Positions 27,895 through 36,494 of a DNA stretch of 59,676 nt are shown piece after piece. The notes beneath the pieces are model-generated. The model did no database searches. It worked only from the letters and a program-made list of their open reading frames with translations, and was not told the origin of the DNA. Within the stretch, counting starts at the first letter, position 1; each line of letters begins with the position of its first letter. The stretch is taken from assembly GCA_964510435.1 (NCBI GenBank), contig CAZEBU010000004.1:1-59676 (forward strand), given 5' to 3'. The stretch comes from an uncultured Candidatus Saccharibacteria bacterium. Lineage in GTDB: Bacteria; Patescibacteriota; WWE3; UBA101185; UBA10185. The translations under genes were made by a program, and so were the position numbers.

Positions 27895-29913
27895 ATGCTC
27901 GAACTTGAGACACCGGTCAGCGCACTACCAAAAATAGGTCCAAAATATAAAAAACTATTGGAAAACCTGGAAATAAACACTGTTGAAGATCTTTTATACC
28001 ATTTTCCTTTTAGATACGACGATTTCTCAGAAATCAAAAAAGTACGTGATTTGCAAAGTGGCGATATTGCCACTGTACAAGGAATATTAGGCCCTGTGAG
28101 GAATATATTTACTCGATATAGGAAAAGACTGACACAAACAAAAGTAGTGGACGACACAGGGGGTATAAATGTAGTTTGGTTTAACAGCCATTATCTTAAA
28201 AAAACTTTGCAGAGCGGGAGGAACTACAATTTTAGCGGCAAAATATCCTCTTTCGGTAACAGACTAAGCCTGGTTTCGCCCTCCTTCGAGCTGGTTGGAG
28301 AAGACACATTAGATACAGGCAGACTGGTGCCGGTCTATCCGGAAACAGCGGGGGTATCATCTAAGTGGCTTAGGGCCAGGATCAAACATGCATTATCTAA
28401 AACAGGAGATTTGGCAGAATTCTTACCGGAAACAATACTAGAAAAGGAAAGTTTGTTGGAATTAAACCATGCTCTACAGATGTTTCACTTTCCGGATTCT
28501 CATCAAGAGGCAGAGCAAGCTAAAAAGAGGTTTCAGTTGGAGGAGCTTTTCTTGGAACTACTTAACGTAGAGAAACGGAAAGAGACTTGGCAAGAGCATC
28601 TTAAAGCCATATCCATTAATAATCGGGGACACGAAAAAGAGATCCGAGACCTAAGGAATTCCTTACCCTTTAGGCTAACTTCGTCCCAAGAGCAGGCTAT
28701 AAGGGAAATAATAGTGGATATAGAACAGAAAAACCCCATGAATAGATTACTAGAGGGTGATGTTGGTACCGGAAAGACCATCGTGGCTATTATTTCTTCG
28801 TACATCACCTATTTAAACGGTGCTAGCACGCTCTATATGGCGCCTACAGAGCTTTTAGCTAGACAGCACTATGAAACATACAAAAAACACCTAGAACCTT
28901 TTGGGGTAAGGATAAATTTGCTGACTTCCAGCGCTAAAACTGAGATCGGGGACACAGCGCACATAACCATAGGTACACATGCGCTTTTATTTAAAGGGGC
29001 GTTTCAAAAAGTGGCTCTGGTGGTGATAGATGAGCAACACAGATTTGGTGTAGAGCAGCGTGGTAAGCTTATTAATCTTAATACTGACAAAACTACGCCT
29101 CATCTGCTCACCATGACAGCTACCCCCATACCTAGAACTCTAGCTTTAACTATTTACGGAGATCTGGAGATATCCAAAATTGAGGCTATTCCTCATAAAA
29201 ACAAGAGAGTTGCTACCAAAGTAGTCTCCGAAAAAGCCCGCCACAAGGCTTATCAATGGATCAAGCAAAGTGGAGAGCAAACTTTTATTGTCTGTCCTCT
29301 CATCGAAGAGTCAGAACATGAAAGCTTCGAAAATGTCAAAGCGGCTACTGCTGAGTTCGAAAATCTAAAAAAGGGTGCTTTCAAGAATCTAAAAATAGGT
29401 TTGCTGCACGGAAAAATGAAATCTCAAGAAAAAAGGGAGGTAGTGGAAAAATTTGATAGCGGCAAAATAAATGTTCTTGTCTCAACCCCGGTTATTGAGG
29501 TAGGCATAGACATTCCTGATGCAGCTATTATCGTCATAGAAAGCGCAGAGAGATACGGTTTAGCCAGCTTGCATCAACTGCGGGGTAGGGTAGGACGCGG
29601 AGAAAAACCCGGGCACTGTCTTGTCTTCATGAGCAACAATAGTAGAAGCTCGTATAAGCGTTTAAAATACCTGGAAGAAATAAACGACGGGCTAGCTTTG
29701 GCAGAAATAGATATGGAAATTAGAGGTTATGGAGATGTCTATGGTACCATGCAGCATGGATTTAAGAGGTTTAAAGTGGCAAAACTATCCGATTTAAAAA
29801 CTTTGGAAAAAGCCAAGAATTACGCACAAGAAATTCTTTCTGAACTGGACAACTATCCATTGCTAAACAAGAAATTAATCCGCAGGTCGGGGCGTTTTGT
29901 AGGCAGCAATTAG
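27895..29913 (+). CDS. recG: ATP-dependent DNA helicase RecG
   Basis: MNRLLEGDVGTGKT, DEQHRFGV, TATPIPRTL, HQLRGRVGRG. Confidence 0.97.
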   Translation: MLELETPVSALPKIGPKYKKLLENLEINTVEDLLYHFPFRYDDFSEIKKVRDLQSGDIATVQGILGPVRNIFTRYRKRLTQTKVVDDTGGINVVWFNSHYLKKTLQSGRNYNFSGKISSFGNRLSLVSPSFELVGEDTLDTGRLVPVYPETAGVSSKWLRARIKHALSKTGDLAEFLPETILEKESLLELNHALQMFHFPDSHQEAEQAKKRFQLEELFLELLNVEKRKETWQEHLKAISINNRGHEKEIRDLRNSLPFRLTSSQEQAIREIIVDIEQKNPMNRLLEGDVGTGKTIVAIISSYITYLNGASTLYMAPTELLARQHYETYKKHLEPFGVRINLLTSSAKTEIGDTAHITIGTHALLFKGAFQKVALVVIDEQHRFGVEQRGKLINLNTDKTTPHLLTMTATPIPRTLALTIYGDLEISKIEAIPHKNKRVATKVVSEKARHKAYQWIKQSGEQTFIVCPLIEESEHESFENVKAATAEFENLKKGAFKNLKIGLLHGKMKSQEKREVVEKFDSGKINVLVSTPVIEVGIDIPDAAIIVIESAERYGLASLHQLRGRVGRGEKPGHCLVFMSNNSRSSYKRLKYLEEINDGLALAEIDMEIRGYGDVYGTMQHGFKRFKVAKLSDLKTLEKAKNYAQEILSELDNYPLLNKKLIRRSGRFVGSN

Positions 29914-30006
29914 TAAAAATAACACTGCAATCTCCCTTGACTTATCACCTTGAAACATTTAGTATCTCCTTTGCGCACATTTTCAAATAGCAAAAAATAC
30001 GCGAAC

Positions 30007-30102
30007 GGCGGGGTCATACCGCAAGGGTGGATGAGAAACGGACTGAAGGGCAGACACGCCCGTCTCCTATATTTCGCAGGTTCGAATCCTGTCCCCGCCA
30101 CC
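30007..30102 (+). ncRNA. tRNA-like RNA (perfect acceptor stem and T-arm, non-canonical D/anticodon region)
   Basis: GGCGGGG/CCCCGCC-A-CC, GCAGG-TTCGAAT-CCTGT; interior does not form a standard anticodon arm. Confidence 0.6.
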
Positions 30103-30103
30103 T

Positions 30104-30181
30104 GGGGAACACACCGCGTACTCTTCGCAGCTCCTCTCCCCCCACAAGCTGGGGACAAGAAGCGAAGTCGGTGTGTTCTCC
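30104..30181 (+). ncRNA. Long irregular hairpin RNA
   Basis: GGGGAACACACCG/CGGTGTGTTCTCC, CTTCGC/GCGAAG, CCCCA/TGGGG nested stems. Confidence 0.55.
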
Positions 30182-30189
30182 TTCCAAAC

Positions 30190-30261
30190 GCGGGCATAGC
30201 TCAGTGGCAGAGCATCAGAGTCATATCCTGAAGGTCGGGGGTTCGAATCCTCCAGCCCGCA
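30190..30261 (+). tRNA. Degenerate tRNA with CAT anticodon (fMet/Met-like, probably pseudo)
   Basis: Canonical D- and T-arms; anticodon arm TCAGA-GTCATAT-CCTGA with A.C mismatch; A.A mismatch in the acceptor stem; no encoded CCA. Confidence 0.7.
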
Positions 30262-30329
30262 CTGGGGATCTTCTCATCGTCCTACGCGATCCTAAACGGA
30301 TCTCGTTTGAGAAGTGACTCAGCACCACC

Positions 30330-30378
30330 GAGAGTACCTCTGGTTCTTGCTCATTCTACAGAGGTACTCTCTCTTCTT
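30330..30378 (+). terminator. 13-bp hairpin, probable terminator of the tRNA-like locus
   Basis: GAGAGTACCTCTG...CAGAGGTACTCTC followed by a pyrimidine tail. Confidence 0.6.
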
Positions 30379-30399
30379 ACCTTCTGCTAAAATACCATC

Positions 30400-30951
30400 A
30401 TGATAAGGATCACCACCGGCAAAGCCAAAAACAAAAAACTCGCCGCTCCTAAGCTACCCGGGTATAGGTCGGTGCAGGAAATAGCTAAGAATGCCTTGTT
30501 TTCCATCATTGGCAATAAGGTAAAAGGATCCTTATGTCTAGATCTCTTTGCCGGCAGCGGCAACCTAGGCTTAGAGGCTTTGAGCAGGGAAGCTAGATGG
30601 TGCGACTTTGTAGACCAGAACAAAATATCAACAAAAACCATCTCAGATAATATAAAAAAGTGCGATTTTTTAGAACTGGCGGAAGTCCATCTAAAAGATG
30701 CCGTTAAGTTTGCTGCCAACACGGAAAAATCATATGATCTCATCTTTGTTGATCCCTTTTACGAAGACACTTCCCAAATTTTCCTCATGCAAAATTTGGA
30801 AGAGATACTAAACGAAGACGGTCTAATAACTTTTTTTCATGGAAGAAACCTGGATATTAAAAAGGTAATTAAAAAGACGAATTTAGAAGTAGTAGATACG
30901 AGAAGATTCGGAAAAAGTTATTTTAGTACTATCAAGAAAGCAGGACCTTAA
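30400..30951 (+). CDS. rsmD: 16S rRNA m2G966 methyltransferase RsmD-like
   Basis: IRITTGKAK, LDLFAGSGNLGLEALSR, IFVDPFY. Confidence 0.88.
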   Translation: MIRITTGKAKNKKLAAPKLPGYRSVQEIAKNALFSIIGNKVKGSLCLDLFAGSGNLGLEALSREARWCDFVDQNKISTKTISDNIKKCDFLELAEVHLKDAVKFAANTEKSYDLIFVDPFYEDTSQIFLMQNLEEILNEDGLITFFHGRNLDIKKVIKKTNLEVVDTRRFGKSYFSTIKKAGP

Positions 30952-31228
30952 AGACTAGATATCCAAAGGCATAACCTCCTAGAAAATATATCAGATACAC
31001 AAAGATCTTGCTTAGCTCTCTTTGAGATCTGGCTATACCTGATTCGCCGTGTTTATAATAGCGGACTAAGGACCAGAGCAACCCTATTACTAAGCCTGCC
31101 ACCAACCCCTGCGTCATTATTTCCAGATCAAAATCAAACTTTGGAGCAAAATACGAGAGCGCAAAACCGGATACTCTTAATACTCCTGCTAGTTTTTTAT
31201 TTATTATAATTTCTTTAAAAAGCCGCAT
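30932..31228 (-). CDS. Small hypothetical membrane protein
   Basis: Three hydrophobic segments. Confidence 0.6.
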   Translation of the reverse strand: MRLFKEIIINKKLAGVLRVSGFALSYFAPKFDFDLEIMTQGLVAGLVIGLLWSLVRYYKHGESGIARSQRELSKIFVYLIYFLGGYAFGYLVFKVLLS

Positions 31229-31346
31229 ATCTTAACACTGACCCTTTTAGTATAAACTAAAAGAAAATTTCCCTCTAGAAATATCAAGAATTTCCTGCAT
31301 AATAAAAAGGTTGCAAAAGTATAAAAATTAAGATATAAGAGGCACT

Positions 31347-31493
31347 ATGGCTGTACCAAAAAGAAAACATTCAAAAGGACGTACCAGAAGGAAAAGGAAC
31401 GCTCATTATAAGAGGACTCCTGTGAAAGTTGTAAAAACTGATGATGATAAAGGGTATAAGAGACCTCACGTTGATGAATATATTGAGGTATAA
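31347..31493 (+). CDS. rpmF: 50S ribosomal protein L32 (Cys-free, 48 aa; not in the ORF track)
   Basis: MAVPKRKHSKGRTRRKR...YKRPHV. Confidence 0.92.
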   Translation: MAVPKRKHSKGRTRRKRNAHYKRTPVKVVKTDDDKGYKRPHVDEYIEV

Positions 31494-31931
31494 ATGAAAT
31501 CAAAAGCAGATCCGAGACATGCGGCAAGAAAACTGGCTCTTTCTTCGATCTTTTGCTGGCTCTTTTCAGAACCTCAGGAAGAAGAAACGCTGGATTTATG
31601 CAAAAAACTCTTGGAAGACCCTTCTGTTGATCTTAACCTTACTCAAAACATAGTCGCAGGTGTAAAAAAACACAAAAAGGAGATTGATGAAATAATCAAG
31701 CAATGTGCTACGGACTGGCCTTTAGATAAAATATCAAAAGTAGATTTGGTGGTTCTAAGAATATCCATCTTTGAACTACTTTATGACAATAAAAAAGTAC
31801 CGGAAAAGGTTGCCATAGACGAAGCTGTAGAACTTGCCAAGGAATTCGGCAACGACACATCATCAAAATTTGTTAATGGAGTTTTAGGTACGGTAGTAGA
31901 CTTAAAAAAGGAGACAAAAAAAGATGGATAA
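31494..31931 (+). CDS. nusB: Transcription antitermination factor NusB
   Basis: [39 protein letters not shown]. Confidence 0.96.
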   Translation: MKSKADPRHAARKLALSSIFCWLFSEPQEEETLDLCKKLLEDPSVDLNLTQNIVAGVKKHKKEIDEIIKQCATDWPLDKISKVDLVVLRISIFELLYDNKKVPEKVAIDEAVELAKEFGNDTSSKFVNGVLGTVVDLKKETKKDG

Positions 31932-32160
31932 ATATATACACAGAATAATAGCCATAATTATTGAAAAAACAGGTGCTGATCCTGAAGACATCAAAGAGTC
32001 CTCCTACTTGGAAGATGATCTAAATATCGGGGAGATTGAGCTGGTGGAAATCATTTCTGCAATAGAAGATGAATACAAAATTGAGTTTGATGATAATAAA
32101 AAAGAAAATATTACCTCAGTAATTGACCTGGTAGAAATTGTCATGGAAAAATTGGAATAA
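31924..32160 (+). CDS. acpP: Acyl carrier protein homologue lacking the phosphopantetheine Ser
   Basis: Acidic 78-aa ACP pattern; [15 protein letters not shown] aligns to [14 protein letters not shown]. Confidence 0.75.
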   Translation: MDKYIHRIIAIIIEKTGADPEDIKESSYLEDDLNIGEIELVEIISAIEDEYKIEFDDNKKENITSVIDLVEIVMEKLE

Positions 32161-32164
32161 ATCT

Positions 32165-32860
32165 ATGAACTTCGATAAAAAAGGCCTAGAAAAAATCCTG
32201 CAAACCAAGATCAAGGATGTGGAGCTGTATAAAACCGCTCTTACTCACCGTTCTTTTTTAAATGAACATCCGGAATACAGTAACCCTTCCAATGAAAGAT
32301 TGGAATTTTTAGGTGACGCTGTTTTGCAGGTCGTTACTTCACAATACCTGTACGAAAACTATGCCAATGCCCCGGAAGGGGATCTTACTAATTATAGAGC
32401 TGCCTTAGTTAATACCACCTCTATAGGCAACGAGGCTAAAAGGCTGGGATATGGAGAATTATTACTGCTCTCCAACGGAGAAGAAAGTACCGGAGGAAGA
32501 AACAGGGAATACATTTTAGCCAATACTTTCGAAGCTGTTCTGGGAGCTATTTACTTGGAAAACAACCTCGAACACTGCCGAAAATTCTTAATAAGAGAAC
32601 TCCTATATAAACTAGCCGATATTGTTGACAATGAGGGTTACAAAGACCATAAGTCAAAATTTCAAGAGCTCGTACAAGAAAAATTTGGAGTTACACCTGT
32701 ATACAAAGTTGTTAGGTCGTGGGGCTCCGACCACGAAAAAACCTTCAGGATCGCCGTCTATGTTGCTGATAGAGAGTTTGGTAAAGGGGATGGGGGCAGC
32801 AAGCAGAAAGCCGAGCAAAACGCGGCACAAAAGGCAATAGACAAGCTTAAAAGCCTGTGA
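32165..32860 (+). CDS. rnc: Ribonuclease III
   Basis: ALTHRS, NERLEFLGDAVL, dsRBD KSKFQE. Confidence 0.97.
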   Translation: MNFDKKGLEKILQTKIKDVELYKTALTHRSFLNEHPEYSNPSNERLEFLGDAVLQVVTSQYLYENYANAPEGDLTNYRAALVNTTSIGNEAKRLGYGELLLLSNGEESTGGRNREYILANTFEAVLGAIYLENNLEHCRKFLIRELLYKLADIVDNEGYKDHKSKFQELVQEKFGVTPVYKVVRSWGSDHEKTFRIAVYVADREFGKGDGGSKQKAEQNAAQKAIDKLKSL

Positions 32861-32876
32861 TAGTATAGCTTCCGTT

Positions 32877-33158
32877 ATGTCAGTAAGTATCAGATTAGCT
32901 AAATACGGCAAGAGACACGCACCCTCGTATAGGGTAGTGGTCACTAAAACTCGTACTAAACGAAGTGGAAAATCAATTGATATCATTGGTTTTTACAACC
33001 CTTCAGACCCTACCAGTAAATTCAAGATCAACAAAGAAAAGTACGAAGACTGGATCAAGAAGGGAGCTATCGTTTCTGAGGCAGTAAAAAAACTGGTAGC
33101 CGGAACATATGAGTATATAAAGTATGCACCAACCAAAAAAGAGGAGGGGTCTAACTGA
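32877..33158 (+). CDS. rpsP: 30S ribosomal protein S16
   Basis: IRLAKYGKRHAPSYRVVV, GFYNP. Confidence 0.96.
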   Translation: MSVSIRLAKYGKRHAPSYRVVVTKTRTKRSGKSIDIIGFYNPSDPTSKFKINKEKYEDWIKKGAIVSEAVKKLVAGTYEYIKYAPTKKEEGSN

Positions 33159-33169
33159 GGGTACTTGCT

Positions 33170-33424
33170 ATGAAAGAGTTTATCACCTACTTATTAGAGC
33201 AACTAGTGAACAAGCCTGAGCAGATAGTGGTTAATGAAAGCAAAGAAAATGGCTTTTCAAAATATATCATCGAAGTAGCAGATGAGGATATGGGCTTTGT
33301 CATAGGAAAAGGTGGTAGAACCATTAGGAGCATTCGCTCATTGGTGAAATCAAAAGCTATCAAAGAAGGTATTGGAGTTCGTGTTGAACTAAAAGATAAT
33401 GATCTCAACGAAGAAAATGATTAA
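33170..33424 (+). CDS. khpA: KH-domain RNA-binding protein KhpA
   Basis: DMGFVIGKGGRTIRSIR; follows rpsP. Confidence 0.9.
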   Translation: MKEFITYLLEQLVNKPEQIVVNESKENGFSKYIIEVADEDMGFVIGKGGRTIRSIRSLVKSKAIKEGIGVRVELKDNDLNEEND

Positions 33425-34064
33425 ATTTAATATCATAACTCTTTTTCCGGATCTAATTAAATATCATCTAAATAATTTACCTTATAAAAGGGCGCTGCAG
33501 AAAAAGCTTATCGAAGTTAATATAGTTAATTTGCGGACTTATGCTCTAGATAGCTATGGTACGGTTGATGATAAACCTTATGGGGGAGGGACGGGAATGC
33601 TGCTTAGGATCGAGCCTATTTACAAAGCGCTAGAAGATCTAAAATTAAGGGGTAATAAAAGTAAAAAAATATTGTTGTCCCCAAAAGGTAAGAAATATAA
33701 TCAAAAAAAGGCGCGGTTATTTGCTGATCTGGCTGAGCTCACTCTGATCTGTGGCCGTTACGAAGGGGTGGACGCAAGAGTAGAAGAACTCGTTGATGAG
33801 TCACTATCCGTTGGTGACTACATTTTATCAGGAGGTGAGTTGGGAGCACTCATTGTTATGGAAAGTACCACAAGATTGATTCCCGGTGTTTTAGAAAAAG
33901 AAGAAGCAGTCAGTATAGAATCTTTTACCGACAATCAATTAGAATATCCCCAATATACCCGTCCGGAAAAATTTAAAGGGCTGAGCGTACCGGAAGTTTT
34001 ATTATCAGGAAATCACAAAAAAATCGAGAAGTGGAGAAAAGTAAAGTCTCAAAAAGCTGAGTGA
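33417..34064 (+). CDS. trmD: tRNA (guanine37-N1)-methyltransferase
   Basis: TLFP, VDDKPYGGG.GM, CGRYEGVD.R, GDYILSGGE. Confidence 0.97.
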   Translation: MIKFNIITLFPDLIKYHLNNLPYKRALQKKLIEVNIVNLRTYALDSYGTVDDKPYGGGTGMLLRIEPIYKALEDLKLRGNKSKKILLSPKGKKYNQKKARLFADLAELTLICGRYEGVDARVEELVDESLSVGDYILSGGELGALIVMESTTRLIPGVLEKEEAVSIESFTDNQLEYPQYTRPEKFKGLSVPEVLLSGNHKKIEKWRKVKSQKAE

Positions 34065-34067
34065 GAC

Positions 34068-34892
34068 TTATGGGCTGGGAAATATCGACTCCTCACTTTC
34101 AGCACCTTCAGTAGGCGCCTCTTCTTCCTCCTCAGTAGGAGCTTCAATCACAGGAACGGATGTGTCAACAAAATTAGGATCGTAATATTTCAAGTTTTTA
34201 ACCCTGTTTATCAGATCCAGAAAATCTTGGTTGGAAATATTTAGATCTATGGCATCGTCGGTAACCGCATCTGATTCGATATAAAGGTACGGGGATTGCA
34301 AAACAAAGTTTATACCCAAGACTTCCTCGAAATCAGTGGTACTAAGAGAATATCTGAACTGATCTATATTGATCAGCCTAGCGGCGTTTTCTACATTTTC
34401 AATAAACGTGATTAGCTGGGCAAAGCTGCCAACTGCCCCTAAGTTAATGGTTACATAATTGTAAGAAATAGCGCCCGCAATCTCACTTTCGGTTGTTGCC
34501 CCCAAACCATAGTTTAATCTGCTCACTAGTAATCCTGATTCTCTAGCAATTCTATCAACTTGGGTTAACAGACCGGGGATTAATTCTTCCGACAACAATA
34601 CTTTGTTCACCAAGTTGGAATTTTCATCGACTATGCTTTTGAAATCAACAAGTCTGTTGAGATTATTTAATTTATTTCGCAGGTTTGTTTCTAAATTTGA
34701 TTTAACGGCAATTTCCGACATTAGATCAGGCAAATCCTTGTAGGAAGGGTAGAGAATAAAAAACCCAATAGCTGCAGACAATAACAATGAAACTAAAGGA
34801 ACAATGTAATTGATAAGAGTTTCCTTAAAACCGCTAATATCAACTTTTATATTTAAACTCCGTTTTTTGGCATCCGGTTTTTTTTCACTCAT
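34068..34892 (-). CDS. pilO: Type IV pilus assembly protein PilO-like
   Basis: TM plus coiled coil, GSFAQL..FI..VE...RLI; follows pilM-pilN. Confidence 0.75.
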   Translation of the reverse strand: MSEKKPDAKKRSLNIKVDISGFKETLINYIVPLVSLLLSAAIGFFILYPSYKDLPDLMSEIAVKSNLETNLRNKLNNLNRLVDFKSIVDENSNLVNKVLLSEELIPGLLTQVDRIARESGLLVSRLNYGLGATTESEIAGAISYNYVTINLGAVGSFAQLITFIENVENAARLINIDQFRYSLSTTDFEEVLGINFVLQSPYLYIESDAVTDDAIDLNISNQDFLDLINRVKNLKYYDPNFVDTSVPVIEAPTEEEEEAPTEGAESEESIFPSP

Positions 34893-35439
34893 GCAATAAC
34901 TCCGTATTAAAAGTTACTACAACAAAAAAGGCTATCTTATCTAATCTACTTTCCAACCCAACAGAATGGAGTTCCACCTCCGAGAAAAATGCTCTTTCCA
35001 ACAACCTATTGCTAAAATCTTGTACTGCGTTGTAACTTTCAGCTCTGCCGGAAACCGAAACCGTACTGCCATCTTTCCCCAATCCAAACGAATCCACTAC
35101 CACATCTTCCGGGGTACTGACTTCCAACTCCCTCAACAGGCGAGAGTAGTAAATCCTTTCATCGAATATTGCTTGTAATGTTGTGGATTTTGAGTAGAGA
35201 TTCCTTGCGTTTATCTCAATATCAGCCAGATCATTAATGCCGCCTCTTAAACTTTCTATACTGGTGTCAAGGGCCACTATTTGCTGTTTCAGGGAATAAA
35301 CTCGGTAATAAAAATAAGCTCCGGCTAGGCTAACTAGGACTAAGATTATTACCGCTAGAATAGTGCTAAACTTAACTACTTTTGTTTTTGTCTGTTGAAC
35401 TCTTTCTTCTTTTGGTATTAAATTAATTGTTTCCGGCAT
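34885..35439 (-). CDS. pilN: Type IV pilus assembly protein PilN-like
   Basis: INLIP N-terminal motif, TM, coiled coil. Confidence 0.8.
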   Translation of the reverse strand: MPETINLIPKEERVQQTKTKVVKFSTILAVIILVLVSLAGAYFYYRVYSLKQQIVALDTSIESLRGGINDLADIEINARNLYSKSTTLQAIFDERIYYSRLLRELEVSTPEDVVVDSFGLGKDGSTVSVSGRAESYNAVQDFSNRLLERAFFSEVELHSVGLESRLDKIAFFVVVTFNTELLHE

Positions 35440-36471
35440 TTATATCTCCTTTAAAGCCAATCCCACAGGCGCAGAAAATAACGGCCCATTCTCTATGTGC
35501 CAATCTCTTTTGTCTTCTATTTCTCTGGTAAAGGTGACGTTTTTAAAAGGGTTAGCTAATTCAACCTCCAAACTAAGATTATTCGCCATGTATAAAAGTA
35601 AGCCTGGCATTAGGGCAGAGCCTCCCGAGAGTATCACTCTATTGATATTAACACTTGGGTGGTGTGTTGTAAAAAAAACTTGTGCTCGTCCTACCTCGCT
35701 AATTATGCTATCAAACATTGGTTTAAGTACTGTAAATATTTTACCTTCCGCTTGCTCTTCATTTAATCCATAGGCCTTTTTGTATTCCTCCGCTTGAATG
35801 TAATCAAGGTTTAAGTTTTGTTCAATACTTCTGGACATGGCATCCCCACCAAGAGACAAGGTTCTGGTGAAGACCACAAAGCCCTTTAGGGAAATGATGA
35901 TCAGCGATTTTTGATAACCCAAATGTAAAATTAACGAAGCTGATGAAGTACCCATGTCTGACAGCGACCTGCCAATGGACAATGCCTCCGGTTCAACTCC
36001 TACAGGTGTGAGTTTGGCTTCTTTGATAATGGAGATATATTTTTCGATCAATTCTTTTTTTGCTGCTACCAACTGGACACTAATTTTACCTTCCTGACTA
36101 GAGGGGATATCTAATTTCTGATAAGAAAGGTTGACTTCTTTTAAGGGTAGGGGAATATACTGCTCTGCTTCGAAAGTGATAGAGCTATCTAACTCCTTGT
36201 CACTCATCTTGGGTACAGTGATAACACGCATGAAAATGTCTTTTTCCTCCAAAGCTATGACTACTTTTGAGGTACTGAAACCGGACTCACGTATAAAATC
36301 TCTGATGGCGTTGGCGTAATCTTTTTGAGAGCTCTTTTCAGCATCATCAAGATTTATTTTAGGATTATCGTAAATACCGGACCTTAACAGAATAGTACCT
36401 TTTTTGGATCTTTCAATTTCAACGGCTCTAAATGTGTGTTTTCCTAGATCTAGTCCTATTACTGTGGGCAT
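35440..36471 (-). CDS. pilM: Type IV pilus assembly protein PilM
   Basis: IGLDLG, EAEQYIPLP, LSGGSA..PGL actin-like fold. Confidence 0.92.
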   Translation of the reverse strand: MPTVIGLDLGKHTFRAVEIERSKKGTILLRSGIYDNPKINLDDAEKSSQKDYANAIRDFIRESGFSTSKVVIALEEKDIFMRVITVPKMSDKELDSSITFEAEQYIPLPLKEVNLSYQKLDIPSSQEGKISVQLVAAKKELIEKYISIIKEAKLTPVGVEPEALSIGRSLSDMGTSSASLILHLGYQKSLIIISLKGFVVFTRTLSLGGDAMSRSIEQNLNLDYIQAEEYKKAYGLNEEQAEGKIFTVLKPMFDSIISEVGRAQVFFTTHHPSVNINRVILSGGSALMPGLLLYMANNLSLEVELANPFKNVTFTREIEDKRDWHIENGPLFSAPVGLALKEI

Positions 36472-36494
36472 AAGAAAATGTTACCTTAAAAGCA

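Noticed and set aside
30007-30181. tmRNA, SRP RNA, tRNA-Sec or hammerhead ribozyme identity
   Set aside because: No G3.U70 pair or tag frame, no SRP helix-8 motif, no TCA anticodon or 8-bp acceptor stem, and GAAA/CTGA are not spaced as a hammerhead core.
29910-30317. ORFs 29910-30197(-), 29950-30231(+) and 30027-30317(+)
   Set aside because: They overlap tRNA-like structured RNA, have atypical composition and lack start signals.
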